Notes: generated from the letters alone by a model not told the origin. DNA of 58,401 bases, filler included, from Squatina squatina (GCA_031763465.1; 3 parts of 3 records of this genome joined end to end with filler, not necessarily neighbours in it), one strand, 5' to 3'; shown: positions 1 through 14,167, counted from the first letter of the whole stretch. Numbers and translations are program-made.

Positions 1-1009
1 ATTTATTTGTCTTGGGCCAGGAATGCAACTCTGGACTCCAGAAGCAAACTGTGAGCCACCGTAGGCTCCCCTAGGCAGTTTGGCTTCTGGGCCGCCCAAT
101 ATTGCACCAGCCCAGAGTGGCTGAGCTGCAGCAGGCCATCTGTGCTGAGCATGGGGTTCACCTGTGACAGGGTAGTGAGACCCACCCCTCGAAATGAACC
201 TAATTCACCAATTCTTTTTGAGCACTTCCTGATGTAAATGAGTCAGCACAACATGTGACGTGTACGCGTAGACAATTGAGCTTGAACATTTGATTTTCAA
301 AGGATTCCTAAAGGTGACCATTAAGTAATTTCCAGGATGCCAGAAAGTACCTCCTCTTGTACCTTTTCAAGTCAGAGCTTTAGACAGTGATTTTAAACTG
401 AATTTTCAACAGCAATTCCTTCTCAATAAATAAGCTACTTTCTTTTTTAACCATCAACAAAGAAACATGCCAACAAGTGTTGCTGATCACAGGTGCTACC
501 CCCACAGATATTTCTGCTACACTTCTGATAAAGTTATGGTGAAAGTGCAGAAGCAGCACTGAGGAATTTCCCATCAGGTAATTCAAAACAAGAGTCGTCT
601 TTGGGTGAAGCAGGTTTAGGAGGCAAGGGATAATTGGATCAAGGTGTACAGACATTATCATTCTGTTCTTATTTTTTTACATAATTACATTATTAATTTG
701 TAATTTTATATATTGTTTATTTACCCAATTTGGGAAGCAGAGTGAAGTTGGTTGAAGTGTGAGAGTTTGTCTGCAGTACGTGCTGAGGCCTAGGAGATGC
801 AGTGCAGTGCCACCTCTGGTGGGAGGGTATAATNNNNNNNNNNCCTGAAAAGTTTACATAGGCAGACATAGAAATTTATAATGGCATAAGTTGATAGGAT
901 ATAATATTATATAGATAGATATAAAAATGTATTGTAAATTCACAATGATGTCAAGGTTGACAGGGTATAGCTATTATGGATGTGGTTATTATACGTTCGT
1001 TGGTGCTGA

Positions 1010-1335
1010 GAAGGTTAAGAGGAAAATAGTGAAAGATCATTTCTACTGGTTATTATTGATATCAAGAAGGCATAAATTTAGGATTAGTGCTATAAAGGAA
1101 TTTGGAAGAAATGTTTTCATTCAAAAAAATATGAAATATTTTGCTGCACGACTACTGAAGCAGAGTCAATAACAATTTTTAAGAGGGAATTTAATAAGCA
1201 TTTAAAGCAAAATATTAAAGAAGTTGGGAAAAGAGTGGGGAATGGGTCTAAAATAGATAGCTTCAATGTGTAGCTGGAACTGGCACAAAAATAATGGGCC
1301 AAATGGCCTGATGCAGTGCTGAAATTTCTATATTG
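1010..1335 (+). mobile_element. CR1 LINE 3' end, degenerate
   Basis: Decayed 'RRHKFRI...FGRNVF' RT C-terminus, then gaagcagagtcaataacaatttttaagagggaa and the tail atgggccaaatggcct...ttctatatt typical of CR1 3' UTRs. Confidence 0.7.
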
Positions 1336-4300
1336 TCAAGCCTTGGTTCACATCGCTTGAACAAATGGTGTACAGCTCCCATATTACATTACTGGGATAT
1401 TTGCCCTGTTATTGGCTTTTCAGTTCTTTGCACTAATGATTAACAGACTGTGACTTTAAGCGCTATTAGTCCAAATTTCAGCTGATGAGAGCTGTGCTTT
1501 TAATAATACATTTTGTTTTATCGGAGAGACTGTACAATAAGAGCCTGGCAAAATGTATCAGAAATACACAAGTGAGTTAACCTTCCCTCAAAAGACTAAT
1601 ATTACAGGAAGCACGTCACTGGTACAGAATGGTTGCACAGCTTGTTTTAATTAAACCAAAACAGTACAATAAAGATCGTTCCACTTTCATTTTGGGGAAA
1701 AAAAATTCGATCTCTGAAAGCTAAGAATGTGTAAGGAAATGTTGATTAGGCTGCTTTACAATTATTACTTTCATACAAGAAATTGAAAGAGGCCATATGT
1801 GTACTGTAAATTACTGTATCTGTGTTGGAAAATACAGGGAGTGAGCTCATTTGATTTCTTAACCTTGTTCAGTAGAAAGTTTATACAGTTCTTTGAGAGG
1901 CACTGTCGCAGGGGTACANNNNNNNNNNNNNNNNNNNNNNNNNNNNNNNNNNNNNNNNNNNNNNNNNNNNNNNNNNNNNNNNNNNNNNNNNNNNNNNNNN
2001 NNNNNNNNNNNNNNNNNNCAGGGGTACATACATTTTTCAAACGCAGGGGTGAGAACATGTCCTTGGTGTACTGAGAACCAAACAAATGATGTGTTTTATT
2101 CATCTGTTGAGTAGCAGCAAGAAGCTGTTAATTGCCTGCTGATTTTTCTTCCTGTGGGGAGAAAACTCCACTTTCAGCCTCACCTGATATATTGGAGATG
2201 GCAAGCTTGCCCTGCAGAGACTTGTCCACCGGATCAGACCTATATCCCTACTAATTCTTTCAACCACGCTATGGAACACTGGTTCAATTTTCCTCCCAGA
2301 TGCCTTTTTGTTTACAAGTATCTAACCTCTCGTGGCACCGCTCGTAGTGAGTCAGAAGATATGGCGGGGGGGGGGGCCAAATTGGTCGGGGAAACAGAAA
2401 AGGAGGAATCGCATTTGCCGATTGTTATAGGACAAACCTGATATTCTGCTTCTTTGAAATCAATGAAACTGAATTTCCATGTCCAATTTTACCCCCTCCT
2501 GTTTTATAGAAATAGGGGTGTTGTTAACAAGATATAATGAAGAAAATGTTTCAGGAAGAAGTTATGACGCTTGTCAGGAAGTGTAGGCTATGTTCAGTAT
2601 AAAGAGAAAATTGTTATTTATGTAATCTATAAAATATATTGAAATAATTTGTATGAAATGATTTGTATATCAATCATATAATAAAAGTATTTTTTTTAAA
2701 TGTTGTATTTGCGAGTGTCAGTTTTTCTGCTTTATTGTAATGCAGTGGTGCAGTTAAATATATATCATTTGGTTAGAAAGCAGGTTGGGAAGTTTGACCT
2801 GAGTTCTGTGGCGGAATGAAATGATTAAGGAGGAAACAGTGAGGCAGTGAAGAGGTCGGAGCTATTGTTCATGGAGGGAATGGGGAACATTTTATTTTTG
2901 TTTGAGAGACGGAGCAGAAAATGGGGGAGAGCAGGGATGTACAGGGTGAATTAAAAACTGTAAGTACTGTTCCTGGAAGGGAACCTGCAGGAAGTCGTCT
3001 GTCTGTCAAATTANNNNNNNNNNNNNNNNNNNNNNNNNNNNNNNNNNNNNNNNNNNNNNNNNNNNNNNNNNNNNNNNNNNNNNNNNNNNNNNNNNNNNNN
3101 NNNNNNNNNNNNNTTTCAGTCACCCAACTCACTAAACTATATTTCTATCAATCTGCATTGTATACATTGTCATGAAACTTTACACTGTCAAAGATTTCAT
3201 TGGGTGAAAATGGAATATACGTAGGCTTGCTTGTTCTGGATGGTTTTCAAATGCAGTGAACCAAGAAACAAAAACAAACAGATAGGGTTGTTTTAAAATG
3301 CCAGTTTGCACTATGATCTAGTTTTGCAATCAGCTTTCCCACCCATCCTCATCTACATTATCGAGGGCAAGAGGCAAACCTTAGTGAAAATATACAAAAG
3401 AACCATCAGATTGACAGGAAAATCAAAGTGATATTGATAAAGAAAAAATATACAGGGTGAATGCGGTTTACATTGAGATGATATCTCTGAAACTAAGCCA
3501 CTAAAGATAAACAAAGGCATAATCGTAGAGGAGAGCTTGGTAGCTGTGCTCCAGGAGAATCTTGGCTTAACCCACACTGTCACCAACTGACTAGTGCAGG
3601 TAACACATGTATGATTGCCTCCACTTACAAACCATGGCACATTTCTTTACTGTTCAAAGACAACATTATTTCTCAATCTGCAGTCTTTGCACCAAACATT
3701 CTGTTCATAAGTGTAGCCCAGCAGGGAAAGGAGTACCAGGAAACTTTATAATGTATGTCTCCTCAACTAAATCACACAAAAAAACAGTAAATCCTGATTA
3801 GCAGAGGCAGAGACAAACTACAAATCCAACATGCCAGAAATAAGTGGATCTGTAACACACATGAATAAACACACACACAAACCATAGCTATATATACACT
3901 AATCCGCACACTGTACCAGAGCCATACAGAAACTAAACCACACATTAGACCCATATAAAATTAAATCATACATGCCTAGGCCATGTAGAAATGGTAACCT
4001 CGGACAAAATAACCACCCAGGAGGCCATATTGCATGTCATTGTAAGTTTGCAGTTGAAATTCAAACNNNNNNNNNNNNNNNNNNNNNNNNNNNNNNNNNN
4101 NNNNNNNNNNNNNNNNNNNNNNNNNNNNNNNNNNNNNNNNNNNNNNNNNNNNNNNNNNNNNNNNNNTCTCGACAAATGGTCCATGTTGCTGGACCAATGC
4201 TCCGTGCTTCCCAATCAGGTTCCCTGGCCAATGTCCCAGTTGGTACTGTAAACCTGACTTTTCCCTATGGACACTGTAAACCTGGATGACATTGTCTGTT

Positions 4301-5070
4301 AGCTTTGCAGCTCCAGGATATATCTAAAGGACCCCACTGGCAGAAGATCAAGGCCCCAGTTGACACTGACTCTTTTTTGTCGAGACTGTTGCAAATCCCA
4401 GGCTACACCAACCACTTTTCCAAATGCGTGTTCAAGGCCTCAAAATGAACTTGAAGGCATTACAGAACTGGAAGAAAAAAAAATCTCCACTGCAGTGTGC
4501 CAATTTTTTTTCTGATAAGGTTTCATTATGTTATAACTTAATTGAACCTTTTGGACCTGAATTATTTACACTTGCATAAAAGCAATGCTTTGATATTTCT
4601 TAAGTGCTCTGTGCATTTTTAGGTTTTATACTTAATCCTTTAGGTTCCTCTAATGAAAATTACACTTCAAATATGTCTCAGAGTTATTTCCAGCTGTATT
4701 TCCTGCCGGAGCAAAGCTGTAACATTCCACCCTTTTTAACCCCCTGAGGTCTGCAGCAGCATTTCTGAACCGGGACAAGAGCTAAGCCAAGTTACAATTT
4801 TTTGGGCATTCAGAAAGCCCTGTAAATGGAGGCAAAAATTTATAGCATATTATAATGTTAAACGTCGCATAGTTAGAGTGTGTTAGTGCAAGCACTGGGT
4901 GGAATCTTCAGTGTTCAAAGGATTAATTGTGCTGCACTTTGGATCGGGTCATCTTGCTCAGGAACAGTANNNNNNNNNNNNNNNNNNNNNNNNNNNNNNN
5001 NNNNNNNNNNNNNNNNNNNNNNNNNNNNNNNNNNNNNNNNNNNNNNNNNNNNNNNNNNNNNNNNNNNNNT

Positions 5071-5400
5071 ATTTATTTAATTGTTCTGCCATTTTCTTGT
5101 TCCCCATTATAAATTCTCCCATTTCTGATTATATGAGACCTACAGTTGTCTTCACTAATCTTTTTCTTTTAATATACTTGTAGAAGCTTTTACAGTCCGC
5201 TTTTATGTTCCTTGCAAGTTTACTCTCATACTCTATTTTACCCATTTTAATCAATCTCTTGGTCTTCCTTTGTTGAATTCTAAACTGTTCACAATCCTCG
5301 GGCTTACTACTATTTCTGGCAACGTTGTATGACTCCTCTTTGGATCTAATATTATCCTTGATTTCTTTTGTTAGTCATGGTTGGGACACTTTTCCTGTTG
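5071..5400 (-). mobile_element. CR1 LINE ORF2 fragment (between endonuclease and RT)
   Basis: Minus strand reads ...QP*LTKEIKDNIRSKEESYNVARNSSKPEDCEQFRIQQRKTKRLIKMGKIEYESKLARNIKADCKSFYKYIKRKR...FIMGNKKMAEQLN, with in-frame stops. Confidence 0.85.
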
Positions 5401-7129
5401 TGCTTTTTGTTGCAGCCCTAGCATGTTGCTTCCATCTATTGTGTACAGAACAGTGTTAGGGCAACACAAGGGAGAATTCTAACTTTGAATTCAGTCAATA
5501 CTCATGCTGGGAACAGTCAAAAATAAAACATAAAATAATAGCTGCAGCACCAAATGAGAGAAGCAGATCTCAGTATAGATTAGCACTGAACTTGCTATAT
5601 GTACGGATATTTTTAATTACAGGGTATTCTAATCTACATCATTTCTAAGCAAATGGTTAGACTAACTTCTAATATATTTCAGAATCAGAGATTTGCTAAA
5701 TCAATTGTCATTTCATGTTACATCTACAGAAACTGAGGGCACTTTCTAATAACATTACGGATATATCATTTTATAGAGGATTGAATAGAGAAAGCAGTGG
5801 TCTATAAAATGATGTCCCTCCTCACTTGATAATCATCCAGGAATAACATTCAATGATATTTATTAATCACCTTCTGGAAAAGCTCGATTCACAATCCAGC
5901 TTCGATCTAAACCTTTTTCGAGTGAAGACTCAAAGACAAGAGTAAGTTATACTTCTCTTATGCTCAGTTTGAATGCAGGCCAAAGTTGTAAGCAGGCACG
6001 CCACTTTCTGGTATATTATGTGACTATAAACTATATGATATTAAAATGTCAAAGCTAGTTTTTTTTAAGTCATGGTTGTGATGATTAGTTTTGTATTGCG
6101 GTATGAAAGGACCCCTCATAACACTCGGACCGATATATCGTTCTTGCCCAGTTGGGAGTAGAATTTTTTAATAACTCTGCCAATCAAAAGTTGCTAACAT
6201 TAAATTCAGTTTTTACAGGCCTGGTGCCAGTAAATAAGTTACAAACAGTGCTGTCTAGCTGTCATTTGATAGGAAAAGGTCAGCTCACAAGGAAGCTTTT
6301 TGTCTTTTTTACAAAAATGCTGAAGCAAGCAATGTCAAAATCCAGCTGCAACAACACGAAGGAGCGAAGACAAATGATTGNNNNNNNNNNNNNNNNNNNN
6401 NNNNNNNNNNNNNNNNNNNNNNNNNNNNNNNNNNNNNNNNNNNNNNNNNNNNNNNNNNNNNNNNNNNNNNNNNNNNNNNNNNNNNNNNNNNNNNNNNNNN
6501 NNNNNNNNNNNNNNNNNNNNNNNAAGTGCGCAGCTACGTACGAGGCAAATCGTACGTTGCTCAGCGGCAAGGGACAGGTGGTGTTGCTTTCTTTATGAAT
6601 TTGCTCTTTCACCTTTCTGAGGGAGGTGTCACCAGTTAAAAGTGATGGAGTGCACTCACTGTCTGTGACCTGCTGTGTCGGAGATGAACTTGAGACAGGA
6701 TGCTTTCGCTCCATGGCCTGCCAAATACTCGCTGTTGCCAGGTGACAGCACATGGATTAGATGGAATGCTTGGAAACCGTATCACTCATTCAGGCTTCTG
6801 GATGGAGCAGAAGGGATGCTTTTTCTCTTCATTACTCACCAGTCTTGTCACAGGGATTAGACAGACGGGTTGCCAGGCAACAGCACCGAGGAGGTCCTTT
6901 GCACACCTGCACCAAACAAGACACCCAACACGAACTTGTCAAGTCCTGGAGGCATTCTGTTGTGGGAAAAATTATATTCACTGGGTTTAGCGGGGAATGT
7001 TCTTGTTAATCGAATCCCTTTGCGTCTGCTTAATGAGTACCCGTTCCCTAATACAGCTGTCAGAATTGTCTGCAATTACCATGAGAGATTGGAAAAACCT
7101 CATAGAATCAAATAAGAATAAATTGCACC

Positions 7130-7415
7130 AACATGGTGCACAAGTATGAAGTAAATCTGGCTAAATTGAGGCCATCCCTGGCCTCCCGGGTAGCAATGTG
7201 GTCAGGTACTGATGCCCTCTGTTGTGTGCAGCATCAGTTGATTGCAGAAAAGATTGGTGTGGTTGTTGGTGCAGCTGATGTGCCTGGGGATGCTTTTGTT
7301 GCAGCTGATCGTGGTTAGATTCTGAGGGCCAAGGTGAGAGAGTATAAATTGTACTTAGATGGCAGGTGAACTTGAGATGACAGAAGCAATCTGTCAGTGA
7401 TGAGAGAGGTTATTC
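7130..7415 (+). mobile_element. Fragment of the same repeat family as the Harbinger-like element at 47780-48900
   Basis: Aligns by eye to the reverse complement of ~47970-48260 (shared ccatccctggc, catcagttgattgc, gctgatcgtggt, gaacttgagatgacagaag, tgatgagagaggtt). Confidence 0.7.
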
Positions 7416-8235
7416 CAATGNNNNNNNNNNNNNNNNNNNNNNNNNNNNNNNNNNNNNNNNNNNNNNNNNNNNNNNNNNNNNNNNNNNNNNNNNNNNNNNN
7501 NNNNNNNNNNNNNNNNNNNNAAATGATCATAGATCCCACTGTTCTCATGTCATTAAATAGCTCGAACTCTAATTCCTAGAAGAGAGTGGGTGGAAGTCAT
7601 GGGAAACAGACTGGAGATCTTACACTGAAAATATATCTCATGGAAAATTCATTAAGTGCAGTAACCTCCCTCATTAATCATTACTTCAATTGGATTACTT
7701 CTTCTAGTAACTTGGAATATAGTAAAGTAAAACTGTCATATTAACTCTAAGTGGAACTTGATCCCTGAAAGATTGTAAGGGCCACACCCAGACCCGGCTT
7801 ATAAATTCTAACTATCATCATGAAGCAATCAATACTGAAAACTGAAGTACATCAGAAGTATTCCATTCTTTTATTCTTAAGAGTTTGATATATGAGAGCA
7901 ATTTTACGCATCTTTGCAACCGCTCGCTAGCAGCTCAAATCACAAATTCAGGTCAGCTCACGATTATCAACCATTAAAATGCTGCCAGTACAACTTGTAA
8001 AATTATCCCTCTAAGCATTCCTTTGCATAGCTAATCTGCGAGATCAAGACACCGCTTGTACAATGAATCGTCAGCTTCATAACTCATAAAAAAGCACATC
8101 ACCGACCACTTAGGATATCAATGAGGGCTGCCTAAGTCAAGGTTATCCTGATTAGATGATGACATTTGAATAATTACCCAAAGATGCATGTTGCTTGTTT
8201 CTAGCACTTTGCTTATTGCTTTCCTCATATGCTAT

Positions 8236-8388
8236 GGCCAGGAATTTCCCAGAAGCTGCTCTTACTTGGCTGTGATAATTTCGAGGGAGTGAGTCAAAAA
8301 CTCCACTTGCGTGTAAACAGGGATTCTACCGCATTTCTGGCAAAGTTACGGCAGTAGAGTAGGAGCAGCTCCAAGGAAGTTCTTGACA
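8236..8388. mobile_element. Hairpin MITE, PIF/Harbinger-like
   Basis: Left arm ggccaggaatttcccagaagctgctcttact vs reverse complement of right arm tgtcaagaacttccttggagctgctcctact; 3-bp duplication tat on both sides. Confidence 0.65.
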
Positions 8389-9546
8389 TATGTCTTTGGT
8401 AATCAATAGCTGGGCTGTTGTCTTTCTGATATATATTAGGCATAACTGGTTTCAGGGTCAGAAAAACAAAAGCAATTTCCCAGCATGTAGTGATAGGAGC
8501 CATTTTGAGGGCAGTGCCTCTCTAATCTGCACAACATAGTACAAGGGAGTGGTCCTGTAAGTTAGCAACACAAATGCTCAACTTTTTCCATATACATTTC
8601 CCCACCTCCTCCATTCCCATCTGGAACATGAAGTGCACAGAGAATGTGGATTCTTTCACCTCAAAGATTCAAATCAATGCACAGGTGTTTCAGACATTAA
8701 CGCTCCCTTCTCCTCAGTGTCCAACTATCACTAGACTGTCACTCACTGTAATCCCAACCCATCCCTTAATCTACAGCTTCTCTTCCATCTATTATTTGTC
8801 CTCTCCAANNNNNNNNNNNNNNNNNNNNNNNNNNNNNNNNNNNNNNNNNNNNNNNNNNNNNNNNNNNNNNNNNNNNNNNNNNNNNNNNNNNNNNNNNNNN
8901 NNNNNNNNTTCACACACAGAAACTGATATTTACTGTAAATATTAGTTATATTTGCACAAATCTAAACGACTCGCTTGTAAATTTACAGTATTAATAAGTA
9001 CGGCCCTAAATCAAACTCGTACATAGTATCAGTTCAGAAAATATCTGCAGAGCACCCGTACGAATACTTTGCAATTTGGAAGGGATCCGATGCTCACGGG
9101 GTTAAATGAAATGTGCCTCACTTGCCAAATTACTCAAGCTGCTTCAAAAGGCTTAGCCAAGTATGATAAATAAGCACCGAGAGGAGACAAGTTATTATAT
9201 GTACCTGCTAGTTCCCCAGGAGAACAGACGGTTATGTGTGCCAGAGCACAAGCATCTGTAATATATTAAATATTTGGAACTAATCTTAAATCCATCATTT
9301 TTATCAGAAAAATATTGAGAAATAAAATGAGCTCAGGCTGTTGATACATATTTTAATGTGTGGGAAGGCAGAGATTATCATAACTTAAAAACCAGCATGT
9401 TGGGTTCGTCTGTGCTGTGAGGAAGTGCAATTATCAGCATTGCAGAGAGGGAAATTCGACACTAGCTCCAGGTCAAATGATTCCTCAAAAAGTTTGGATA
9501 TTGCGGCATTGAGAAACGAGGGATTAAAAAATGAAGATTCACATTT

Positions 9547-9861
9547 TGGGATCAATCATACACTAGGATCAAGTACAAAATGGGATCAATGATAACAATG
9601 GGATCAATCACACAATGGGATCGATCACAAAATGGGATCAATCATAACAACAGGATTAATCCCACACTATCAACCCTGGGATCATTCACACACTGGGGTG
9701 AATCACAAAGTGGGATCAATCACACACTGGGATCAATCAACACTGGGATCAATCAAACACAGGGATCAATCAACACTGGGATCAATCAAACAAAGAGATC
9801 AGTTAGCACTGGGATCAATCAACACTGGGATTAATCACACATTGGGATCAGACACTGGGAT
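9547..9861. repeat. Minisatellite, core (ca)cactgggatcaat, ~15-17 bp units
   Basis: Repeated tgggatcaat cores running into a gap; explains ORFs 9580-9834 and 9632-9976. Confidence 0.95.
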
Positions 9862-10659
9862 NNNNNNNNNNNNNNNNNNNNNNNNNNNNNNNNNNNNNNN
9901 NNNNNNNNNNNNNNNNNNNNNNNNNNNNNNNNNNNNNNNNNNNNNNNNNNNNNNNNNNNNNAGAAAGGGGCTGTAAACGCTTACAGATGGAGCAGAAGAG
10001 GCCGTACAGGGTAAAAAAATAGGATGTTGCAGAGACAGTTCCAAGAAATTAAAGGTTAAGCCACAGGCTAGAAATGTTTTGGAAAATTGGAAATTGCTGC
10101 TGAACAGTATGTAGAAAAGTAAAAGACTGAAAAGAGCTTGGAAAGGATAAAGGAAAAAACAGGAAGTAGTTTCAAAAGATTTCTAACCTTTGAAGCAGGC
10201 ATGGATGTGATTTATGATTCTGAAAATATGTCCTTAGTTACAGGGCTTTAGGTATACTGGGCTCATTCATAATGCATTGGAATGTTCTCAAATTGATAAA
10301 TAATGCCTACTGTTAGGGAGTATTCTTGAAACATTGGCCTAGTGATAACAAAAATTGCTCAATGCAGTATTACTCATTGTATATTCAAAGCCACCCTTGT
10401 CATAATCTCTGGAGTCTCTGGAATCTAGTTAACCCTTTCAAACCTAAATTTAATTGGAGCTGTGTGGAGAAACAGCTCTCAGAGTTTTGGTTGGGTGGGA
10501 GAAGGGTAGTGTTGTTAACATCTGTTATCTTCCAACTTTGTGATATGAAATAGAACTATGTGGCAGCTCTGTGCACAGTCACAAGCTTGCACACTAATGT
10601 CAGACACAGACTATCATGTGCTTATTTTGTTCCTCGAGGAGGTGCGAGCAAGTTACATC

Positions 10660-10797
10660 GAGTGTAGAGCACCGGAACAGGCCATTCAGTCCAACAGGTC
10701 CGTTCCTGAGTTTCTGCTCCACCCCCACCCTTCTATTCCTACCAGCATAACCCTTTTTTCCCCCTCTCCCTCCTGTGTTTATCCAGCTTCCCCTTAA
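10660..10797 (-). mobile_element. CR1-type 3' tail
   Basis: agcaccggaacaggccattcagtccaac...atccagcttcccctta is the reverse complement of the CR1 3' UTR. Confidence 0.55.
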
Positions 10798-10897
10798 NNN
10801 NNNNNNNNNNNNNNNNNNNNNNNNNNNNNNNNNNNNNNNNNNNNNNNNNNNNNNNNNNNNNNNNNNNNNNNNNNNNNNNNNNNNNNNNNNNNNNNNN

Positions 10898-11240
10898 AGA
10901 AGAAGGCTGATGGGTGTATCCAACCGAATGCTTGGTGCACTGGAAAGCCTGCACACAATGTCAAGGATCAGGGAGGAGTTTAGCTCCAACTTGGCACAGG
11001 GCTTTGGGCAGAGCTTGGTTGTCCATCCTTTCCAACAGGGAATGGGTGGTCAACTCCATCAGCACACCTGTGGAACCCACCAGGATTCAGCATCTGATGG
11101 CCAATGTCTCAGCTTCCATTGCAGCACAGCTTTGTTCAGGGGTCTGAGTGCTGCAATGGAATCTCAAACTGCAGTCTTGCAAGCTCAGACTTTGCCATCA
11201 TGGTCTCCTCAATGTGCATTCACCTGCATTCACCTGTGCC
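10898..11240 (+). mobile_element. Degenerate coiled-coil ORF fragment, probably the C-terminal part of a Harbinger Myb/SANT ORF
   Basis: Frameshifted reading RRLMGVSNRMLGALESL..MSRIREEFSSNLAQGFGQSL / HLMANVSASIAAQ / LSAAMESQTAVLQAQT resembles repeat-derived shark proteins as I recall them. Confidence 0.45.
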
Positions 11241-12167
11241 TGTAGTTGCACACCAGCTGCACATTGAGGTAGTGGATCATTCTGTTTGATGAAAATGGCT
11301 GAGTTCAGATGAAGAGCATGCAAAGCAATATGAGTGAAGTCAATGGCACCCTGCACCATCGGGAAGTTTGCAACTGGTGCAAAGTCTCGTGCTCACTCCT
11401 CCTGCTTGTCTCTGGCAAGAGGGAATGAGATGAATGTGTTTACTTCTGTCTAGAGAGCCTCAATGACTTTTCTTATGCAACGGTGCNNNNNNNNNNNNNN
11501 NNNNNNNNNNNNNNNNNNNNNNNNNNNNNNNNNNNNNNNNNNNNNNNNNNNNNNNNNNNNNNNNNNNNNNNNNNNNNNNNNNNNNNTGGGCCTCATTGCT
11601 GTAAAATATACAATGGCCTAGAAATCCAGAGGTGGTTATGCTGACCCTGGTGAGGCTTACATGCCATGGAGAGGGGACTCCATGAGCATGCCTTTGGCAG
11701 TTTGGGGAGCACATCCATGGTGAACGCCCACGCTCAGAACCCTAGAAATGCCATCATAAGCTGGCCAGCTGAGGTGGGTGTCAAATTCCCTTCCGTGGCA
11801 GAGGAATCTGGCTACCCCCAAGGCCTCCTGTGTCATTGGGCCTCTTTAAAATTTCCTAGCCCCACCCCCACCCCGATCATCAAAGGCCTGGGCTGTGACT
11901 CTGGCCTTGACCCCCAGGGGGCCTCATTCTGCCGCTATTAGCCAGCTATGTCTGGTGAGGCCAAGCAGACCGGTGCTGATGGTACACCAGGTCTCAACTG
12001 AGAGCTTGGGTGCAGCACTCCTTGCTCCACTCGTATGTCTACCCCTGCAAGGCCGTGCAGGAAACTCGCACTTATCCCATTCTTCTGTATCCCGACTAAG
12101 TTTGTGGCTGTTCTGACAGATATTTGGATATTTTTCAAAATATGTGATATCAGCATCATAAGGTGAC

Positions 12168-12255
12168 CGCACTTTAAAAGTGCTTCATTGGCTGTAAAGC
12201 GCTTTGGGACGTCCTGCGGTCGTGCAAGTCGCTATATAAATGCAAGTTCTTCCTT
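12168..12255 (+). mobile_element. DeuSINE (SacSINE1/AmnSINE-like) L2-type 3' tail
   Basis: actttaaaagtgcttcattggctgtaaagcgctttgggacgtcctgcggtcgtgcaagtcgctatataaatgcaagt matches the recalled tail consensus. Confidence 0.75.
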
Positions 12256-13522
12256 TCTGTCTTTTCATCGATATCCTCTTTTATCTTTCTTTGTTCCACC
12301 AGTAACCTATTACAGGGAAAGGTATATAATATAAATCCCTGGAACTGGTTGCATCCTATCTTCCTGTGATTTTATTGGGTAGATGCAGGCCACAAATATG
12401 ACTTTGCCTTGGTTCTTCTCTCTTCCCCAACAAAGTCAGCAAGTTTTACAATATACACAACGCACACAACAATTTGTAGATCCTTGGCAGATGAAGTGAA
12501 AATGACCTGGTCATATAATTTTCCCTTGGCATCAAAAGCAGTGCATGGACTCTGAACATTCATTTTATTGAACTCACAATAAAGGTACAACAGAACCACA
12601 ACTACATACATACAACATTAGTCCTTGAAAATGAGATGGTAGGTCATCTTGCTTTAATAAACTTATTTAATATGATGTGTATTTCTAAAATATTATATTC
12701 AGTCTAAGTAACTTCTATCAAGTGCATTGCAAGAGAGGTTAATTATTTGAAAGGGTGCGTTATAATTAAACTCATAAATTAAGCCAATTGCCCGTAGTTC
12801 TAATTTAATTAAAGCACACCCATTAAATTACATAACCTCTTGCCTCTCCTAATGGAATAATGGAAAAGCTCTGTTAACTGACTCCATGGAACCAACCAAT
12901 CAAGAGCATTGAACTCAGCAAGTTATTTGTTACTGAACAATTTGCAATTTGCTGCATTGTACAACATATAAATCACCAAGTTTGAGGTACTCGATGTGTT
13001 GGTTTCCAGACTGTTAATTAACTCTTGGTTGCATGTCTATTATAGGATGCTTTCACAGTTAACTACAGTCACCTTATAATGATGACGGAACAGGGATATC
13101 ATGTTTGGGAACACATAACTTGAAAATAGTTTGAAATGACGGAATTTTCATTTTCTGCGGATAAATGGGGACGAAGCAGACTGACCCTGAGCTCGATTGT
13201 AAAATCACAGTTTGTGAGCGTGGGTTAGTAAAATGTATGAGGGAGAAATTGGTTCATGGAGTGGGTGGTGTTACCCAGTGCGGAGACTTTTGTGGTGGCT
13301 TTTTTCTAAGAAAACGGGCACAAATTCTTTTTGTTTAAAAATTGCAATTTTTTTCATTGAAATGGGCTTGGAGGCGTTGTGTGAGTGTTAAAAAGTGCTT
13401 GACTAACATTAATATGTGCCTTNNNNNNNNNNNNNNNNNNNNNNNNNNNNNNNNNNNNNNNNNNNNNNNNNNNNNNNNNNNNNNNNNNNNNNNNNNNNNN
13501 NNNNNNNNNNNNNNNNNNNNNN

Positions 13523-13600
13523 CAGAGATGGACCATGTGAAGGTGAGGGAAGAGTGGAAGTTGGAGGCAAAGTGAATGAAATTTTCTAATTCGGGGCGGA
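13523..13600 (-). mobile_element. Penelope-like element RT fragment
   Basis: RPELENFIHFASNFHSSLTFTWSIS, the segment following YxDD in vertebrate PLE reverse transcriptases. Confidence 0.75.
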
Positions 13601-14167
13601 TTATCCTGCCTAACATCACCTCAGTGTTTTTGCTCCATAGTGTCTGAACTGGATGTTAACAGAGTTCTACAGAGAGGCCCTGTAATTGATTATAATAAAA
13701 CACACATAAATTGCAAAGAAGCATTATGTGTCAGAGGAACTATGCATAAGTATCTATTGGTAATGGTAAATAATGAAAGAAGAATGGTGTGATCCTAAAA
13801 CTGGCTGTTACCAGGGGTTTATAGATCCATATGGCATGCATTTCCAGGTTGGTTTCCTGTACTGTACCTGAACTTTAACTTACTGTGTCCTCTGCTACTT
13901 CATGTTTTGTGTATGAACTGAAACTGGCTGGGTGCTTTAGACTAGATCCTCCACCATAAATCGGTCTCAAGGAACTTTACAAAAAATATATTGTAGCTAG
14001 AGAATACTACAGAAATGATGCCTCATGTTTCTCATTAAAGGAGAAAGCTGTATAGCAATCAATGCAAGTTAGATCAGAGGCCATTGTGTAACAGAAAGCA
14101 TTAAATGACAGAGTTGATTAGGTGAACTACTCATTTGCAGGAATATGAATGCTTTAAAGTGATTAAG

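Noticed and set aside
801-826. CTCF-like motif
   Set aside because: Several mismatches in the core
4290-4448. DSFLSRLLQIPGY frame resembling a formin FH2 segment
   Set aside because: Short similarity, no donor site, ends in a stop; likely chance
9547-9861. CRISPR-like array
   Set aside because: No unique spacers, units too short, eukaryotic context, no cas genes
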